A stretch of DNA of 53,067 bases, from positions 1 through 53,067 of IMG/VR virus record IMGVR_UViG_3300049015_000032, one strand, 5' to 3'. Shown here in pieces: positions 25,784 through 36,214 of the stretch (position 1 is its first letter; each line of letters starts with the position of its first letter). The stretch is from a virus (lineage: Duplodnaviria; Caudoviricetes). Both the position numbers and the translations under genes were made by a program. A model generated the notes under the pieces. That model was not told the origin of the DNA, searched no databases, and saw only the letters and a program-made list of their open reading frames with translations.

Positions 25784-26772
25784 TTGGCGATCATGCTCCG
25801 GATGGTCCCCTGTTTGTCGAGCGGCATATTCAGCCAGTCTGCTGTCGTGTCCGCGTAGTAAAAGAAGGCCTTCGGGTTGGCGGCCAGGACAATCGCGGCG
25901 CGCACCGTCAGATCGGTGGCGCTGATGCCCTTGCGCGCATCCAGGCAGAAGATGTTAAAGGCGCGCTCCAGGAAGCGGCTCAACTCATCGCGCGTCCCAA
26001 AGGTCTGTGCCTCAAGATAGTCAAACATCGGATAGGACGTGATGTTGGCCGTCCCGGTCAGGCTGGCAATGATGGGCATATTCGGCAGGACGGTGCGCAC
26101 GCACTGAGTCCATTCCACCAGATCCAGGGTTTCCTCGTTGTTGGCGTCATTAAAGACGACGGCGAGCGCGCCCAGCGCCTCCAGGCCTTTGAGATATTCC
26201 CGCTGCCCGCCGCTGTCCAGTTTCTTGAGCGCCGTGCCGACGGTATCGGCGATGAAGCCGAGGCCGTGTTGTCGCCCGAACGCGGGTAGATGCTTCGGGT
26301 CGGCGTCTTTTAGTCGGAGGTGCTGGCGCACCTCGTCGGCGTTGAAGAAGCCGCGCCAGGTGTTGAAGCCGCGCCCTGCCGCCCATGTCAGAACCTCGCG
26401 CACCTGAGCATACATGGCATCGTCTGGTGTCTTCAGGCTCTTCTCGATCGTGAGCCCGGCCACCCCGGAGAATTCTGTTTTGCTGATGAGGGGGGAAGGG
26501 GGAGCAGCGGGGGGCACCACAGGCGGCTGGGCTGCCTCCTGCAATTGCGCCGTGAGAGTCTCAACCCGTCTTGACAGCTCTGTGATGCGATCGGTTGCCA
26601 GCCTCAGCTGTGTGTTCAGGGTTTTCACCTGTCCATCGGCGGACTCTGCGGTCAGCTTGTAGGTGTCGCGCTGGCTGGTCGCCTCGGCGCGCTCCTCGAT
26701 GAGCTTTACGATGGTGGGTCCGGGCAGGGTGATCAGGGTGTTCGGATCGGCAATCAGCGCGGCAATGTCCAT
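25762..26772 (-). CDS. Coiled coil + Pro linker + glycoside-hydrolase-like domain; candidate lysin
   Basis: GFNTWR and VFNDAN resemble clan GH-A barrel strands; sits at the lysis position. Confidence 0.45.
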   Translation of the reverse strand: MDIAALIADPNTLITLPGPTIVKLIEERAEATSQRDTYKLTAESADGQVKTLNTQLRLATDRITELSRRVETLTAQLQEAAQPPVVPPAAPPSPLISKTEFSGVAGLTIEKSLKTPDDAMYAQVREVLTWAAGRGFNTWRGFFNADEVRQHLRLKDADPKHLPAFGRQHGLGFIADTVGTALKKLDSGGQREYLKGLEALGALAVVFNDANNEETLDLVEWTQCVRTVLPNMPIIASLTGTANITSYPMFDYLEAQTFGTRDELSRFLERAFNIFCLDARKGISATDLTVRAAIVLAANPKAFFYYADTTADWLNMPLDKQGTIRSMIAKWKALRP

Positions 26773-26849
26773 AGGCGTCCTTCCTTAATACATGAAAATA
26801 TGGAAAAACAGCCAGGCATCAGGCCTGGCTGCGGGGCGTATGGGGGTGT

Positions 26850-27398
26850 CTACAGGGGTGTCAGGCCACCTGTATCAACGGGCTTTGCAAAACTGTTTGG
26901 CGCCTGCGCGTCGTAGAGCGGCACGTCTGGCCCGGGCTTCTGCACATCTCTTAGCAGTTTCAGTGCCTCATCATCCACCGCCAGCCCTGTCAGCGGGGCA
27001 ATGTTACTCAATACCCCCGCCAGCGCATCGATGGCTGTTTTGGCCTGCAATCCGCCCAATGCATACGCCTTCTCCAATCGCTCAATCCATTCACGGTCTT
27101 CGTGCGCGGCGCGAACCTGTGTCGTCAGCCGCGCGTCCAGGCTCGGCCCACCGGGGTTCTGGTTGGCATCCCACAGGATCTTGCCAAACGCCACAAACAG
27201 CGCGACGATCCCCATCACAATGCCGATGGTTTCCGCGAGTGTCAGCGAGAGGATGTTAGGCGATTGCGCCGCTGCTGATCCCGCTGCTGTCGTCTGCTGT
27301 GCCACTGCTGTCGCCTCCTGCGCTCCCACTGGCACTGCCAGCAGAAACATCGCCAGAGCCAACATCAGCACCACCATTCTCATGCGTTGTGTCTTCAC
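26850..27398 (-). CDS. Secreted/membrane protein (signal peptide + TM), lysis-module candidate
   Basis: MKTQRMRMVVLMLALAMFLLAVPVGA/Q; TM IGIVMGIVALFVAFG; AGGAG RBS. Confidence 0.65.
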   Translation of the reverse strand: MKTQRMRMVVLMLALAMFLLAVPVGAQEATAVAQQTTAAGSAAAQSPNILSLTLAETIGIVMGIVALFVAFGKILWDANQNPGGPSLDARLTTQVRAAHEDREWIERLEKAYALGGLQAKTAIDALAGVLSNIAPLTGLAVDDEALKLLRDVQKPGPDVPLYDAQAPNSFAKPVDTGGLTPL

Positions 27399-28044
27399 GA
27401 TTGCTTTCTCCTATGGCTTGAATCACATCGATCACTTGTTCACTGACGAGGCCCAGTTTGTCCTCGATGGCGTCGAGCGCGCGTGTCTGCGTCTCCCGTT
27501 GCGTGGCCTGCTGCGTCCGCGCCTCATCCACGCTGTTCTTGACTGCGCTCATGGAATCCAGCAGTTGGCGCAGGATGGCGGCGACTTTGTCGGTCCCTTC
27601 GGCGGCCTGCTTGCCTGTCTGCTCGATCAGGTTTGTGATCTCCCCGGCCATCGTGTCGATGCGGGTCATCAGCTGCTGGCTGCGGGTCACATTGTTCCCT
27701 TCATGCGTCTCGGCTGTTTCTTGCAGCTGTCGGCCCTGCGCCTGCCCCGCCTCCATCACGCGGATCATGCTTTCCAGCTGCTCCCCGTGCCGGTTGATCT
27801 GCTGTCCCTGTGTGACGAGCTGATTGCCCTGCGTCACCAGCGCGCCGAGCAGCTTGTCCGCGTTGTCCAGGGCCGCCTTGAGCGTATTGGAGGACTGGCG
27901 ACTTGTGAGCACATAGAGCAGTGTCATCAACACCACTGCAATCAGCGCCACCACCACCGCCGCAATCGCGAGGTTGACCACCGGAGCGGTCAATGCGCTG
28001 ATAAATCCTTCTTCGCCTGGCATATGTATCTCCAATCGGTGCAT
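27256..28044 (-). CDS. N-terminal TM + long coiled coil (holin/spanin-like)
   Basis: VVNLAIAAVVVALIAVVLMTLLYVL then heptads; AAGGAGG RBS. Confidence 0.65.
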   Translation of the reverse strand: MHRLEIHMPGEEGFISALTAPVVNLAIAAVVVALIAVVLMTLLYVLTSRQSSNTLKAALDNADKLLGALVTQGNQLVTQGQQINRHGEQLESMIRVMEAGQAQGRQLQETAETHEGNNVTRSQQLMTRIDTMAGEITNLIEQTGKQAAEGTDKVAAILRQLLDSMSAVKNSVDEARTQQATQRETQTRALDAIEDKLGLVSEQVIDVIQAIGESNREDTTHENGGADVGSGDVSAGSASGSAGGDSSGTADDSSGISSGAIA

Positions 28045-28188
28045 TTGTAGACCCTCCTTTCGAGGGTCATGGGGTTGTCTGATCGTGGGGGTGAGTCTGG
28101 GCTGCCTTAGCGCAGCGCTGCATCCTTCTGGGTGTGGTCGAGGGGCTTAACGCGGGCCGACGTCGTCAGCGCTGCGCCAGCATGGCGA

Positions 28189-28680
28189 TCAGGCGAATAT
28201 CGCGACAATCGACTTCGCCGCTTCCACGTACTGCGCCTTCAGCGGATTGGTCGAGGCGGCAGTGGCGTTCTTCACATTGGCCGCACTCCAGCCATACGCC
28301 AGAGCCATCACGTCAATGTTGTTGTTCAGCGCCACAAGCAGCTGCGGATTGCCATCGACAAAGGCTTTAATCGTGCTGAAGATGGTGCCCAGATTCGGAT
28401 TGGCGCTGCGCAGCTGGTCACGGAGATAGCGCCGCGCCGTTCGCGCCAGATCGGACGAGGTTGACACGCTTGCGTCATCGGTCACGTTCGTATTGGCCGT
28501 GTCCAGCGCCGCCTCCAATGTGGCGTTACTCGGCGTGACGTCGACAGGGGCGGGGCGCTCATCATAGATTTTGCGCCCTGCCGCATCAATGAACGGCGTG
28601 CCTTGAAACGCGCCGGGATTGGCGGGTATCCAGACACCCGCCGCTAATCGGAACTTTTCGTCACTATCAATGACCGCCAT
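28189..28680 (-). CDS. Tail-fibre-associated protein
   Basis: TGATG-coupled to the fibre gene. Confidence 0.6.
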   Translation of the reverse strand: MAVIDSDEKFRLAAGVWIPANPGAFQGTPFIDAAGRKIYDERPAPVDVTPSNATLEAALDTANTNVTDDASVSTSSDLARTARRYLRDQLRSANPNLGTIFSTIKAFVDGNPQLLVALNNNIDVMALAYGWSAANVKNATAASTNPLKAQYVEAAKSIVAIFA

Positions 28681-30857
28681 CAGGACACCTTTCGCAGGAT
28701 AAGACTGGTATAGACTTCCGCGCTGCCATCGCCAACCTGCGCGCCTAAACCGTTGGTGGCGCGGCCCACGCTGGTATAGGTGTCTACGCGAAAGGCATCT
28801 GTGCCGTTGGCCGTGAATTTGCAGTTGAGGATGGCCGTCGCCGCGCCATTGGTCAGGCCAAACGTATTGACCCCCTCTTCCATTGCCGCTGCGCCTGTCA
28901 CGTTATATAGGCGGCAGCGACCGAGTGACGACGCCGCGCCGCCGCCCACGAACGGCGCAAAGACCAGAATTTCATAATCGCCTGCGATGGGCGTAAATTG
29001 ATTGGAGGAGATGGACACAATGCCGCCCGGATCATACAACTCCGTATTCAGATCGCGCGCGTTCCACGTGGTGGACGCGCTTGTGCCGCCATTTGTGCCG
29101 GTCGTCTTTTCGTCGCGCAAAATGGCGATGAGATTCGGCGCAAGGCCGCTTGACGCCGCTGTGAGACGCCCCTTCTGATCAACAGTGAGTGACGCATTCG
29201 TATAGCTTCCAGGCGTCACAGCGGTGTCATTGAGACTGATAGAGGGCGTTGCGCCGCCGCTTGACGCAATGGGTGACGTTCCTCCAACACTTGTGACGGG
29301 GGTTGCGCCACTAGAGGCCGCCGTGAGCCGTCCTTTTTGATCGACTGTAATCGAGGCGTTTGTGTAACTGGCGGGCGTGACGGCTGTGTTCGGCAGATCC
29401 GCGCTCACAAGGGCGCGCAAATCAACCGCGCCCGATGATCCATCAGGCGTCGCGAGAACTTGATTCTGTGTCAGCCCTGTTGTGGCGGCAATCGTGACCG
29501 CGCCGAGGCTGCTCGTGGTCGTCGTCAGCCATGCGATCGAGTCGGCAACGGACATGATCTTGCCCATCAACTGCCATGTGGCGACCGGGCCAACCTTTTT
29601 GATCATCTCCCAGATGCGATTGCCCGTCTGATTGATCCATTTCGACCCGCGCTCATAATCCGCCGCGTCTGCCGAAGTCGGGTCAACGGTGTCGGTGTAA
29701 ATAATCGAGGCATCGAGATAGCCGATGCTGATCGGCGGCAAATCGACGGTCTCAATCTCGCGAAAGGACGGTTGTCCATCCGTGCCAATCCCGCTGCTGG
29801 GGGCTGCCAGGAACGTGTTATAGAGCTGATCCTTCCACGTGGTCGTAACCGTATCTGTGCCGTTGCCGCTGACATCAAATTCAGCGCTGGGCATGACGAG
29901 GTTTTCGACTGTGCCACCCCCGCCCGACTCCTCTTCTTCCGTCTCACTGAGCAGATACAGCAGCGCATTGTCCTGGATCGTGATGACGCCGCCCTCCTCA
30001 ACCACGATGGCCGAGGGCGCGACGACACTGAAGTCCTCGTGAATGCGGTAGGCGCGCGCGATCGTGTTGGGGAAGCCGTACACCTGCGGCATGTTCATGA
30101 ACTGGCGCAGGTCCAGATCGGTGCTGTCATCGAGCGTCAGGGTGGTCTGGGCATCGGCGAGGCGAAAGGCCTGAATCGGGATGGTATCCGCGTCGGCGGC
30201 ATCCGCGCACTGCTGCAGCTCGGTGAAGGACAGCGCGCCATCGATGCTGTCGATGTGATCGCTGTAGGTGACCTGAATGTCGGGCAGCCCATTGGGGTTG
30301 TAGGTCCGCAGCCAGAGCACGACATAACACTGGAAGCCCTCAGCGGGCACATAATTCGTCAGATCGATGTGCGTGTCGGCATTGGTGCCGTTCCAGCGCA
30401 CCAGATCGCCGGTGACGGTGTAATAGAACAGCTGGCGCACCTGCGCCAACATCCCAGGGGTATTGCCCGTATTGATGGGTAGGGCGCGGAAGTTCTGAAT
30501 GTTCTTGAAGCGAATCCACTGGCGGTAGGGATCATTGGGCTGCACCGTCAGCGGGTCAATGCCGGCCTGGATCAGATCATCATGGTCATACGCCATCACG
30601 GTGAGGTGTTTGTCGGGACCATAGTAGATCCAGACCAGGCGCCCTTCACGCGGGACAATGAGCGCGCTGCCGGCGCGCACCCGGTAGGGCGCGCCGGGGG
30701 TGGCGTTGTTCTGCGCGTTGGCGGCATTGTAGGGGCGCACCCAATACATGCCGTCCCCCGCTTTGACCGTGCCATTTCCATCTCCCAGGAGGGCGCGATA
30801 GGGGGTCAGACGCGCCTGGACAATGCGCCGCGACCGTTGAAATCTTCCAAGCACCAT
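28680..30857 (-). CDS. Tail fibre / receptor-binding protein
   Basis: Thr/Ser-rich; two TAVTPxSYTNASxTVDQKGRLTAASSG repeats (29145-29225, 29307-29387); last large tail gene. Confidence 0.8.
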   Translation of the reverse strand: MVLGRFQRSRRIVQARLTPYRALLGDGNGTVKAGDGMYWVRPYNAANAQNNATPGAPYRVRAGSALIVPREGRLVWIYYGPDKHLTVMAYDHDDLIQAGIDPLTVQPNDPYRQWIRFKNIQNFRALPINTGNTPGMLAQVRQLFYYTVTGDLVRWNGTNADTHIDLTNYVPAEGFQCYVVLWLRTYNPNGLPDIQVTYSDHIDSIDGALSFTELQQCADAADADTIPIQAFRLADAQTTLTLDDSTDLDLRQFMNMPQVYGFPNTIARAYRIHEDFSVVAPSAIVVEEGGVITIQDNALLYLLSETEEEESGGGGTVENLVMPSAEFDVSGNGTDTVTTTWKDQLYNTFLAAPSSGIGTDGQPSFREIETVDLPPISIGYLDASIIYTDTVDPTSADAADYERGSKWINQTGNRIWEMIKKVGPVATWQLMGKIMSVADSIAWLTTTTSSLGAVTIAATTGLTQNQVLATPDGSSGAVDLRALVSADLPNTAVTPASYTNASITVDQKGRLTAASSGATPVTSVGGTSPIASSGGATPSISLNDTAVTPGSYTNASLTVDQKGRLTAASSGLAPNLIAILRDEKTTGTNGGTSASTTWNARDLNTELYDPGGIVSISSNQFTPIAGDYEILVFAPFVGGGAASSLGRCRLYNVTGAAAMEEGVNTFGLTNGAATAILNCKFTANGTDAFRVDTYTSVGRATNGLGAQVGDGSAEVYTSLILRKVS

Positions 30858-30859
30858 CG

Positions 30860-33712
30860 TTATGATCCCATATTGGGTCCACAGACCCTGATCGGCAGCG
30901 GAACATTCTGATTGTCACCATAGCTGGTGTCATAAAAGACGAAGGGGATCGGATTCCCATCTCCAATGTACTCGAACGTGTATTCGTTGTTGTCGTTGTA
31001 CACCAGACCCTCGATCGGCAGGCCGTTCACCAGAAGACCGCCGTTGGGATTGAGCGCGACGTTGGTCGGCTTGCCGTCCTCATCGCGATTGAAGATGTAG
31101 CGGGGATCGGCATACAGCGGCTCAATCGCCCCGCCCGCGTCATAACAGAACTCCGTCACGCGGAAGGTGGTCGTCACAGCCAGGTTCGTCGAGGTCGTGA
31201 TGTAAGACGCCAGACTCAGATCAAAGGGAAAGAAGCCCGGGTCGGTCGTGGCATCGAAGGTCACCGTCGTGGTCGCTGCGCCGGAATAATCGACCGCCGC
31301 GCCACCCTGCCGCCCAAAGCGGAAGTCCGTCACCGCCTCATTGAAGGTGAAGGTCACGCTGTCGGCGCTCACCCCCGCTGTGCCCGCGCGGATGAAATAA
31401 AACGCCTTGTCGGGACTGTGCGGCGCAAGGCCGGACCCCGAATCCCAGAAGCCAAAATTGGGATTCGGATTGCCTCCGGCGTCGGAGGCCTCCCACCCGC
31501 CATCCGAAATCGTGAGGTTGACGCAGCTTTCCGATCCCTGATTGATTTGCCCCACGCCTTTGGCCATGATGGTGTATCGCTGCCCGGGCACAGTGGCTTT
31601 GGGCGTGGAACGTGTGACATTCGACCGAAACGTGACGGACGGGACGATCGGGATGCAGTTGCCGGAGGGCGTGTTGTCCGCCACATTCGCCGCGTCTTCC
31701 GTCGTCATCGGCTCATATTGTGAGAGGTCAAACGGGTCGAAGGGCTGCAGGTCCGCATCAAGCGGATCGGTGCTGGTGTAGTTGAGAGACCCATCCGGCG
31801 GGAAGGCATCATAATCGCTCAGCCCGGGCAGCACGGGCAGAGAGGTGTCAATGGTATTCGGGCTGATGGTGGCGGACGTCTGGGCCAGGCCGCCCTGCGT
31901 TTCTTTCCGCACCGTGCCGCTGACATCCCAGTAGCCATTGTCAACGTTCCACTTCAGGGCGACCGTTTGCAGCAGCCAGCGCTCTGTTGGTTCCACAGGC
32001 AGGCCGCGCGTGCTGTCGGTGGCCGGCAGGTCATAGGTCAGCCAGACGCGGGTGGAGGGCGTCAGAATGCGCCAGCCATCCTTGAATGTGGTGGGAATAT
32101 TGGTCGGTGGATTGAGATACTCCAGCAAATCGCCGATTCGCTGTTTGGCCGCCGTCTCGGCAGCGGCCTGCGAGAGATCCGCCTGCAGCAGCTGCGCCAG
32201 AACAACGGGTTTTTCGTTGCCCTCCTGCCGCGCAGTGGCGGGCGCAAGGGCGTCTAATTTAAACGGCGTTGATCCGTCAGCATAAAAGGTGGCGCATCCC
32301 GCGCGCACCTGTCCGACGGTCTTGTAATAGGGCACGGGCAGGCTGTAACCGAACAGATCCTGCGGTTCCAGATTGCCGCTGGCGATCAGGGTGGGCAGGG
32401 CGTCCCGCTCATCATCCGACAGGAAATTGGCATTGATCTCAAACGTCGCATCGCCCTGCGGCCAGAAGACCAGGCGCGCCTGGATCTCCTCGCCGATCCG
32501 ATTGACGGAATCCAGCAGTGTGCCTTCTTCCAGGTCCATCTCCCCGGCAAACCAGGTCGAATCGGTGTAGAGCATGTCAATCGCGCACAGGCTGGCCAGC
32601 GTCGAATAGCGGGTCAGGAGATAGGCGATCGTGCGCTGGGGCGTGGGCAGATGGATGTCGCCCCAGGCGTCCGGCGTGGCGTCATTGCGCACGGGCAGCG
32701 ACGGCACGGGCAGCTGGCCCGCAATCGCGGCGAATGACTGCAATTCAAACCGTGTCTGCGCCAGCGTGCTGCTCTGGGCATCGCCCGTGATGCCCGTATC
32801 TTCCTGCACGATATACCCGACAAACATGACGTTGTTGAACAGGTCCGGATCGCCCACCTTTGGCAGGTCGAAGGCGACAATGGCGCAGCGCGTGCGGTTT
32901 AAGAGGCTCGACACCCCGGCAAAGAAGGTGGTGGTGACGTTCCACCCCAATTCGACGCCGCCGTTAATGTCCACATTGTCATGCGCGGTAAACATGTAGG
33001 CGGGGTCATCGCGCAGACAGACGAGAATCTCAAAGATGAAACGAAAGACGCGGTCGCCGCTGTCGGTCACATCCAGGAAGCACCAGTGGTGGCCATCGGG
33101 GATCGTCGCGCTGATGTTTTGCGTGTCGGCATCGCCTGTGTCGTAGACCGTGCCGCTTGGCAGCGTCCAGTGATAGGAGGCAATCGTGGCGCCCTCGGCC
33201 ATCGCCTGGCCGATGGGAGCGAACGAGAACTGGAATTCGGTGTCGGATTCGCCGTAATAAAACGACTGCATGGCCTTAACCAGCGGGAGCAGGTCTTCAA
33301 AGGCCTGATAGCCGTCGACCAGGTCGCCGATGCGATCCCTCTGCAGGACCTCAAAGAGCGCGATCACGGTGACAATCATGCCGTCGGTGAGGTTGATGGC
33401 GCTTTCGTTGCAGTAAAAGGCGCTCCCGGTCGGATCGCGCGACACCCGCCCGCGCAGCAGGGGGCTGCGCAATTCAATCGGGTCATCGGTCGCTGTGATG
33501 AAGAAGGTCATGCCTGCGACCACATCCTGATAATCCCCCGCCAGCAGACCATCCCAGGCGAACTCGATGAAGCTGCTGCCGGTGATGGTCTGATTCACGG
33601 TCGCCTGAAAGACAACCGTGTTGGGATTCACGGCGAAGCGCATTTCGCCTGCGAATCCGCCAGAGCGGAGCGCCGCCAGCAGATCCGCGTTGATGTCGTA
33701 GGTTGCAGGCAT
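30860..33712 (-). CDS. Large tail tip / hub protein
   Basis: 950 aa; position after the tape measure and Dit-like genes. Confidence 0.7.
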   Translation of the reverse strand: MPATYDINADLLAALRSGGFAGEMRFAVNPNTVVFQATVNQTITGSSFIEFAWDGLLAGDYQDVVAGMTFFITATDDPIELRSPLLRGRVSRDPTGSAFYCNESAINLTDGMIVTVIALFEVLQRDRIGDLVDGYQAFEDLLPLVKAMQSFYYGESDTEFQFSFAPIGQAMAEGATIASYHWTLPSGTVYDTGDADTQNISATIPDGHHWCFLDVTDSGDRVFRFIFEILVCLRDDPAYMFTAHDNVDINGGVELGWNVTTTFFAGVSSLLNRTRCAIVAFDLPKVGDPDLFNNVMFVGYIVQEDTGITGDAQSSTLAQTRFELQSFAAIAGQLPVPSLPVRNDATPDAWGDIHLPTPQRTIAYLLTRYSTLASLCAIDMLYTDSTWFAGEMDLEEGTLLDSVNRIGEEIQARLVFWPQGDATFEINANFLSDDERDALPTLIASGNLEPQDLFGYSLPVPYYKTVGQVRAGCATFYADGSTPFKLDALAPATARQEGNEKPVVLAQLLQADLSQAAAETAAKQRIGDLLEYLNPPTNIPTTFKDGWRILTPSTRVWLTYDLPATDSTRGLPVEPTERWLLQTVALKWNVDNGYWDVSGTVRKETQGGLAQTSATISPNTIDTSLPVLPGLSDYDAFPPDGSLNYTSTDPLDADLQPFDPFDLSQYEPMTTEDAANVADNTPSGNCIPIVPSVTFRSNVTRSTPKATVPGQRYTIMAKGVGQINQGSESCVNLTISDGGWEASDAGGNPNPNFGFWDSGSGLAPHSPDKAFYFIRAGTAGVSADSVTFTFNEAVTDFRFGRQGGAAVDYSGAATTTVTFDATTDPGFFPFDLSLASYITTSTNLAVTTTFRVTEFCYDAGGAIEPLYADPRYIFNRDEDGKPTNVALNPNGGLLVNGLPIEGLVYNDNNEYTFEYIGDGNPIPFVFYDTSYGDNQNVPLPIRVCGPNMGS

Positions 33713-33715
33713 GGG

Positions 33716-34129
33716 TTAACTCACAAATACGCAGCGGGTGAAAACAAGGGGCACTTTTTGGTACTGTCGATAATTGCGCTGGAAGGCGTTAAAGCGCGGC
33801 AGCTGCAGCTTCCCGGTCCAGATCTGGTAGGTGCTGGCCAGCTGCAGGCGCTGGGTCTGGAACACAACCGCATTCATAAAGCGGTTGCCCAGGAGGGTCG
33901 TATAGAGGTAGTCATACTGCTCGCGCCAGAGATCGATCTCCCAGACGAACTTCTGATACCCGCGCTCGAAGTCCAGGCCATCGGAGCCGATCTGCTCCAG
34001 GATAAAATCCTCAATCAGGACGGGGGCATAGAAGTAGCGGCCCCCTGCGCTCATCGCCTCGACGTTGACCAGGTTCATAGGGTCGCTGCCAGCGGCCAGC
34101 TTGAATTGATACTGCGTGGGAAGCCCCAT
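33716..34129 (-). CDS. Minor tail protein (distal-tail-like)
   Basis: Directly after the tape measure gene. Confidence 0.6.
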   Translation of the reverse strand: MGLPTQYQFKLAAGSDPMNLVNVEAMSAGGRYFYAPVLIEDFILEQIGSDGLDFERGYQKFVWEIDLWREQYDYLYTTLLGNRFMNAVVFQTQRLQLASTYQIWTGKLQLPRFNAFQRNYRQYQKVPLVFTRCVFVS

Positions 34130-35910
34130 TATCGTGTCACTCCTAGCCAGCCCAGCGCGTTTTCGACTTCATTCCGAATGGCTGTTCCGGACATGCCACT
34201 GGCGCCACCGCTGATGTTGAAATAGTTGTTGCCGTTCATGGTGTTGCCATTGTTGTTGGTGACGTTGCCCATGCCGCGCAGCTGATTCAAGGTCGATGAG
34301 GCGATCTGCAGCTGGGCCTGGGCGGACTGCTGCTGAATGCCCAGCAGGGCCCGCGCGGTGTCGGAGGCCATGCGCAGCTCGCGGTTGCGCGCCAGCGCCG
34401 CGTCCCGTTCGGCGATTCGTTTGGCCTCGCGTCCGGCCTGAAGATCGCGCTGGTAGGCCAGGCGCGCATCCTCGTTCTGCTGGCGAAATTGGGCGAGGCG
34501 CTTCTGGCGCGCATCCTGGAATTCGCGCAGCTCTCTGGCGTCGGCCGCCTGCTGCGCGCGCAGCTTCTCCTGCTGCCCCTCCAGAAGCGCAGCGTTTTCC
34601 TGCTCGATCTCGGCATTGGCGCGCTCGCGAACCCGCGTCGCGCCCAGAAAATCACGCTGGCGCAGCAGATCGGTTTCTTCGGCCTCGGCATCATCGCGAA
34701 TTTGATTGAGTTTGCTCGCGTGCTGGCGCAGATCGGCAGCCTCCTGCTCCATGCGCGCGATGCGCTGCTCGCGCTCCTCGGCCTGGAAGTCATCCGTGAG
34801 AGAGACGAGATCACGCTCGAAGCTCGTCTTCGCATCGGCCTGTGTCTGCTTGTATTCTTCGAGGGCGGCTCTGGCGCTGTCGGCGGCTTTGTTGGCCACA
34901 TCGACCATTGCGTCGCCGTATTTCTGCGCGGCCTGATAGCGCTTCTCTTCGACCTGCTGCATTTTCTGCGCCTGCTGTTCGGCGGCGCGGGTGGCATCCG
35001 CAGCAGCTTTCTCCTGTGTGGCCTGTGCTTTTTCAGCCGTTTTCGCCGTGTCGCCGCGCGATTTTTCGAGATCCTCCTCGGCCTTTTTCGCGTCGGCCTT
35101 CGAGGTCAGCCCTTTGTCGAGCGCATCGTTATAGGCGCGTTCTTTGGCCTCGGACTGCTGGATGGCCTTTTCGCTCTCCGCCTTCTGAGAGGCCAGGGCT
35201 TCTTCGCGCGGGTCAATGATGCGCAGGATGCCCAGAATAATGTCGCCGAACGCGCCGAAGGTCGTTCTAATCTGCTGTTCATAATTGGCGTAGGCTTCGG
35301 TCGCATCCTGCAGCGTGCTTTTCTCCAGCTCGCGCCGGAACTGCAGCAGCTCAATCTGCTCCTGGATATCGTCCGATGTGGCCCCGCCAGCGATCTCGTC
35401 GAAGACGCTGCGCTGCGCGTCAAAGATCTCGTTGATCTTGTCCGCCTGTTCCTGCGCGCCTTTCGCAAAATCCGCGATCACCGCGCCCAAAACCACCAGC
35501 GCCACCCCGGCAGCGGCGCCGACCGGCCCCAGCTGGGCGATCGTGCCGCCCAGCTCCTGCACGCCTTCAACGGCATCGCCAATGTCATTGATGATGCCCA
35601 GGCCTTCGCCGCCGCCGACCAGATCGCCGAGGCCGCGCAGCTTGCCCGCCGCGCCGCCGACCTTCCCGGCGGCATCGCCTGCGCCAATGCCGGACGTGGC
35701 CTCTCCGGTTTTTCTGGCCTGTTCTTCCTGCTCTTTGAGCGCCTCGGTCTGGTCCTTGATGGCCTCGGTCGTGTTGTCGATGGCCTTTTTGCTGTCCCCG
35801 CCCAGTTTGTCCTTGAGGAGGCGCGCCAGGCGTTGAATCGTGCTCTCGCCTTCGCGCGCCTCCTTTTCATCCAGGATCAGCTTCCAGACGGTTTCAACTG
35901 TGTTAGCCAT
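34129..35910 (-). CDS. Tape measure protein
   Basis: Ala/Gln/Glu-rich helical 593 aa with hydrophobic patches, after the tail chaperones. Confidence 0.8.
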   Translation of the reverse strand: MANTVETVWKLILDEKEAREGESTIQRLARLLKDKLGGDSKKAIDNTTEAIKDQTEALKEQEEQARKTGEATSGIGAGDAAGKVGGAAGKLRGLGDLVGGGEGLGIINDIGDAVEGVQELGGTIAQLGPVGAAAGVALVVLGAVIADFAKGAQEQADKINEIFDAQRSVFDEIAGGATSDDIQEQIELLQFRRELEKSTLQDATEAYANYEQQIRTTFGAFGDIILGILRIIDPREEALASQKAESEKAIQQSEAKERAYNDALDKGLTSKADAKKAEEDLEKSRGDTAKTAEKAQATQEKAAADATRAAEQQAQKMQQVEEKRYQAAQKYGDAMVDVANKAADSARAALEEYKQTQADAKTSFERDLVSLTDDFQAEEREQRIARMEQEAADLRQHASKLNQIRDDAEAEETDLLRQRDFLGATRVRERANAEIEQENAALLEGQQEKLRAQQAADARELREFQDARQKRLAQFRQQNEDARLAYQRDLQAGREAKRIAERDAALARNRELRMASDTARALLGIQQQSAQAQLQIASSTLNQLRGMGNVTNNNGNTMNGNNYFNISGGASGMSGTAIRNEVENALGWLGVTR

Positions 35911-36214
35911 TGCTCTGTGCCTTCATCTGCGCTTTGACGAGTTCAACCTGCCACACGCATGTGTCAATATCTCGGGACAGCTCCGGGAACATGTCTTCGA
36001 GGGCCAGCAGGTCCAAAATGGTGAGCTTCAGCAGGCCGCTTTGCACCCAGCTGGTCAGCCAGAAAACAGTCTGCAGCGCGGCTGCATGATGGATCTCCCA
36101 GGCGTCATCGTCGTCTTTCAGGGAGCCTTCGGCGCGTTCGGCGGCCCACTGGCGGACAGCCGTTCGAGTGTCTTCTGCCCACTCGTCGCGAGCACCCGCG
36201 TCGCGGCTAAAAAA
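35903..36214 (-). CDS. -1 frameshift extension of the tail assembly chaperone (gpT-like)
   Basis: Slippery T TTT TTA at 36214-36208; the -1 frame is open (SRDAGARDEWAED...KAQSNG) to a TAA overlapping the tape measure start. Confidence 0.8.
   Translation of the reverse strand, partial: FFSRDAGARDEWAEDTRTAVRQWAAERAEGSLKDDDDAWEIHHAAALQTVFWLTSWVQSGLLKLTILDLLALEDMFPELSRDIDTCVWQVELVKAQMKAQSNG

Noticed and set aside
28110-28177. Inverted repeat GCGCAGCGCTG/CAGCGCTGCGC before the lysis region
   Set aside because: A single GC-rich stem with no U-tract or other support
28680-30857. Diversity-generating retroelement acting on the tail fibre
   Set aside because: No reverse transcriptase; the repeats differ at synonymous positions, not specifically at adenines
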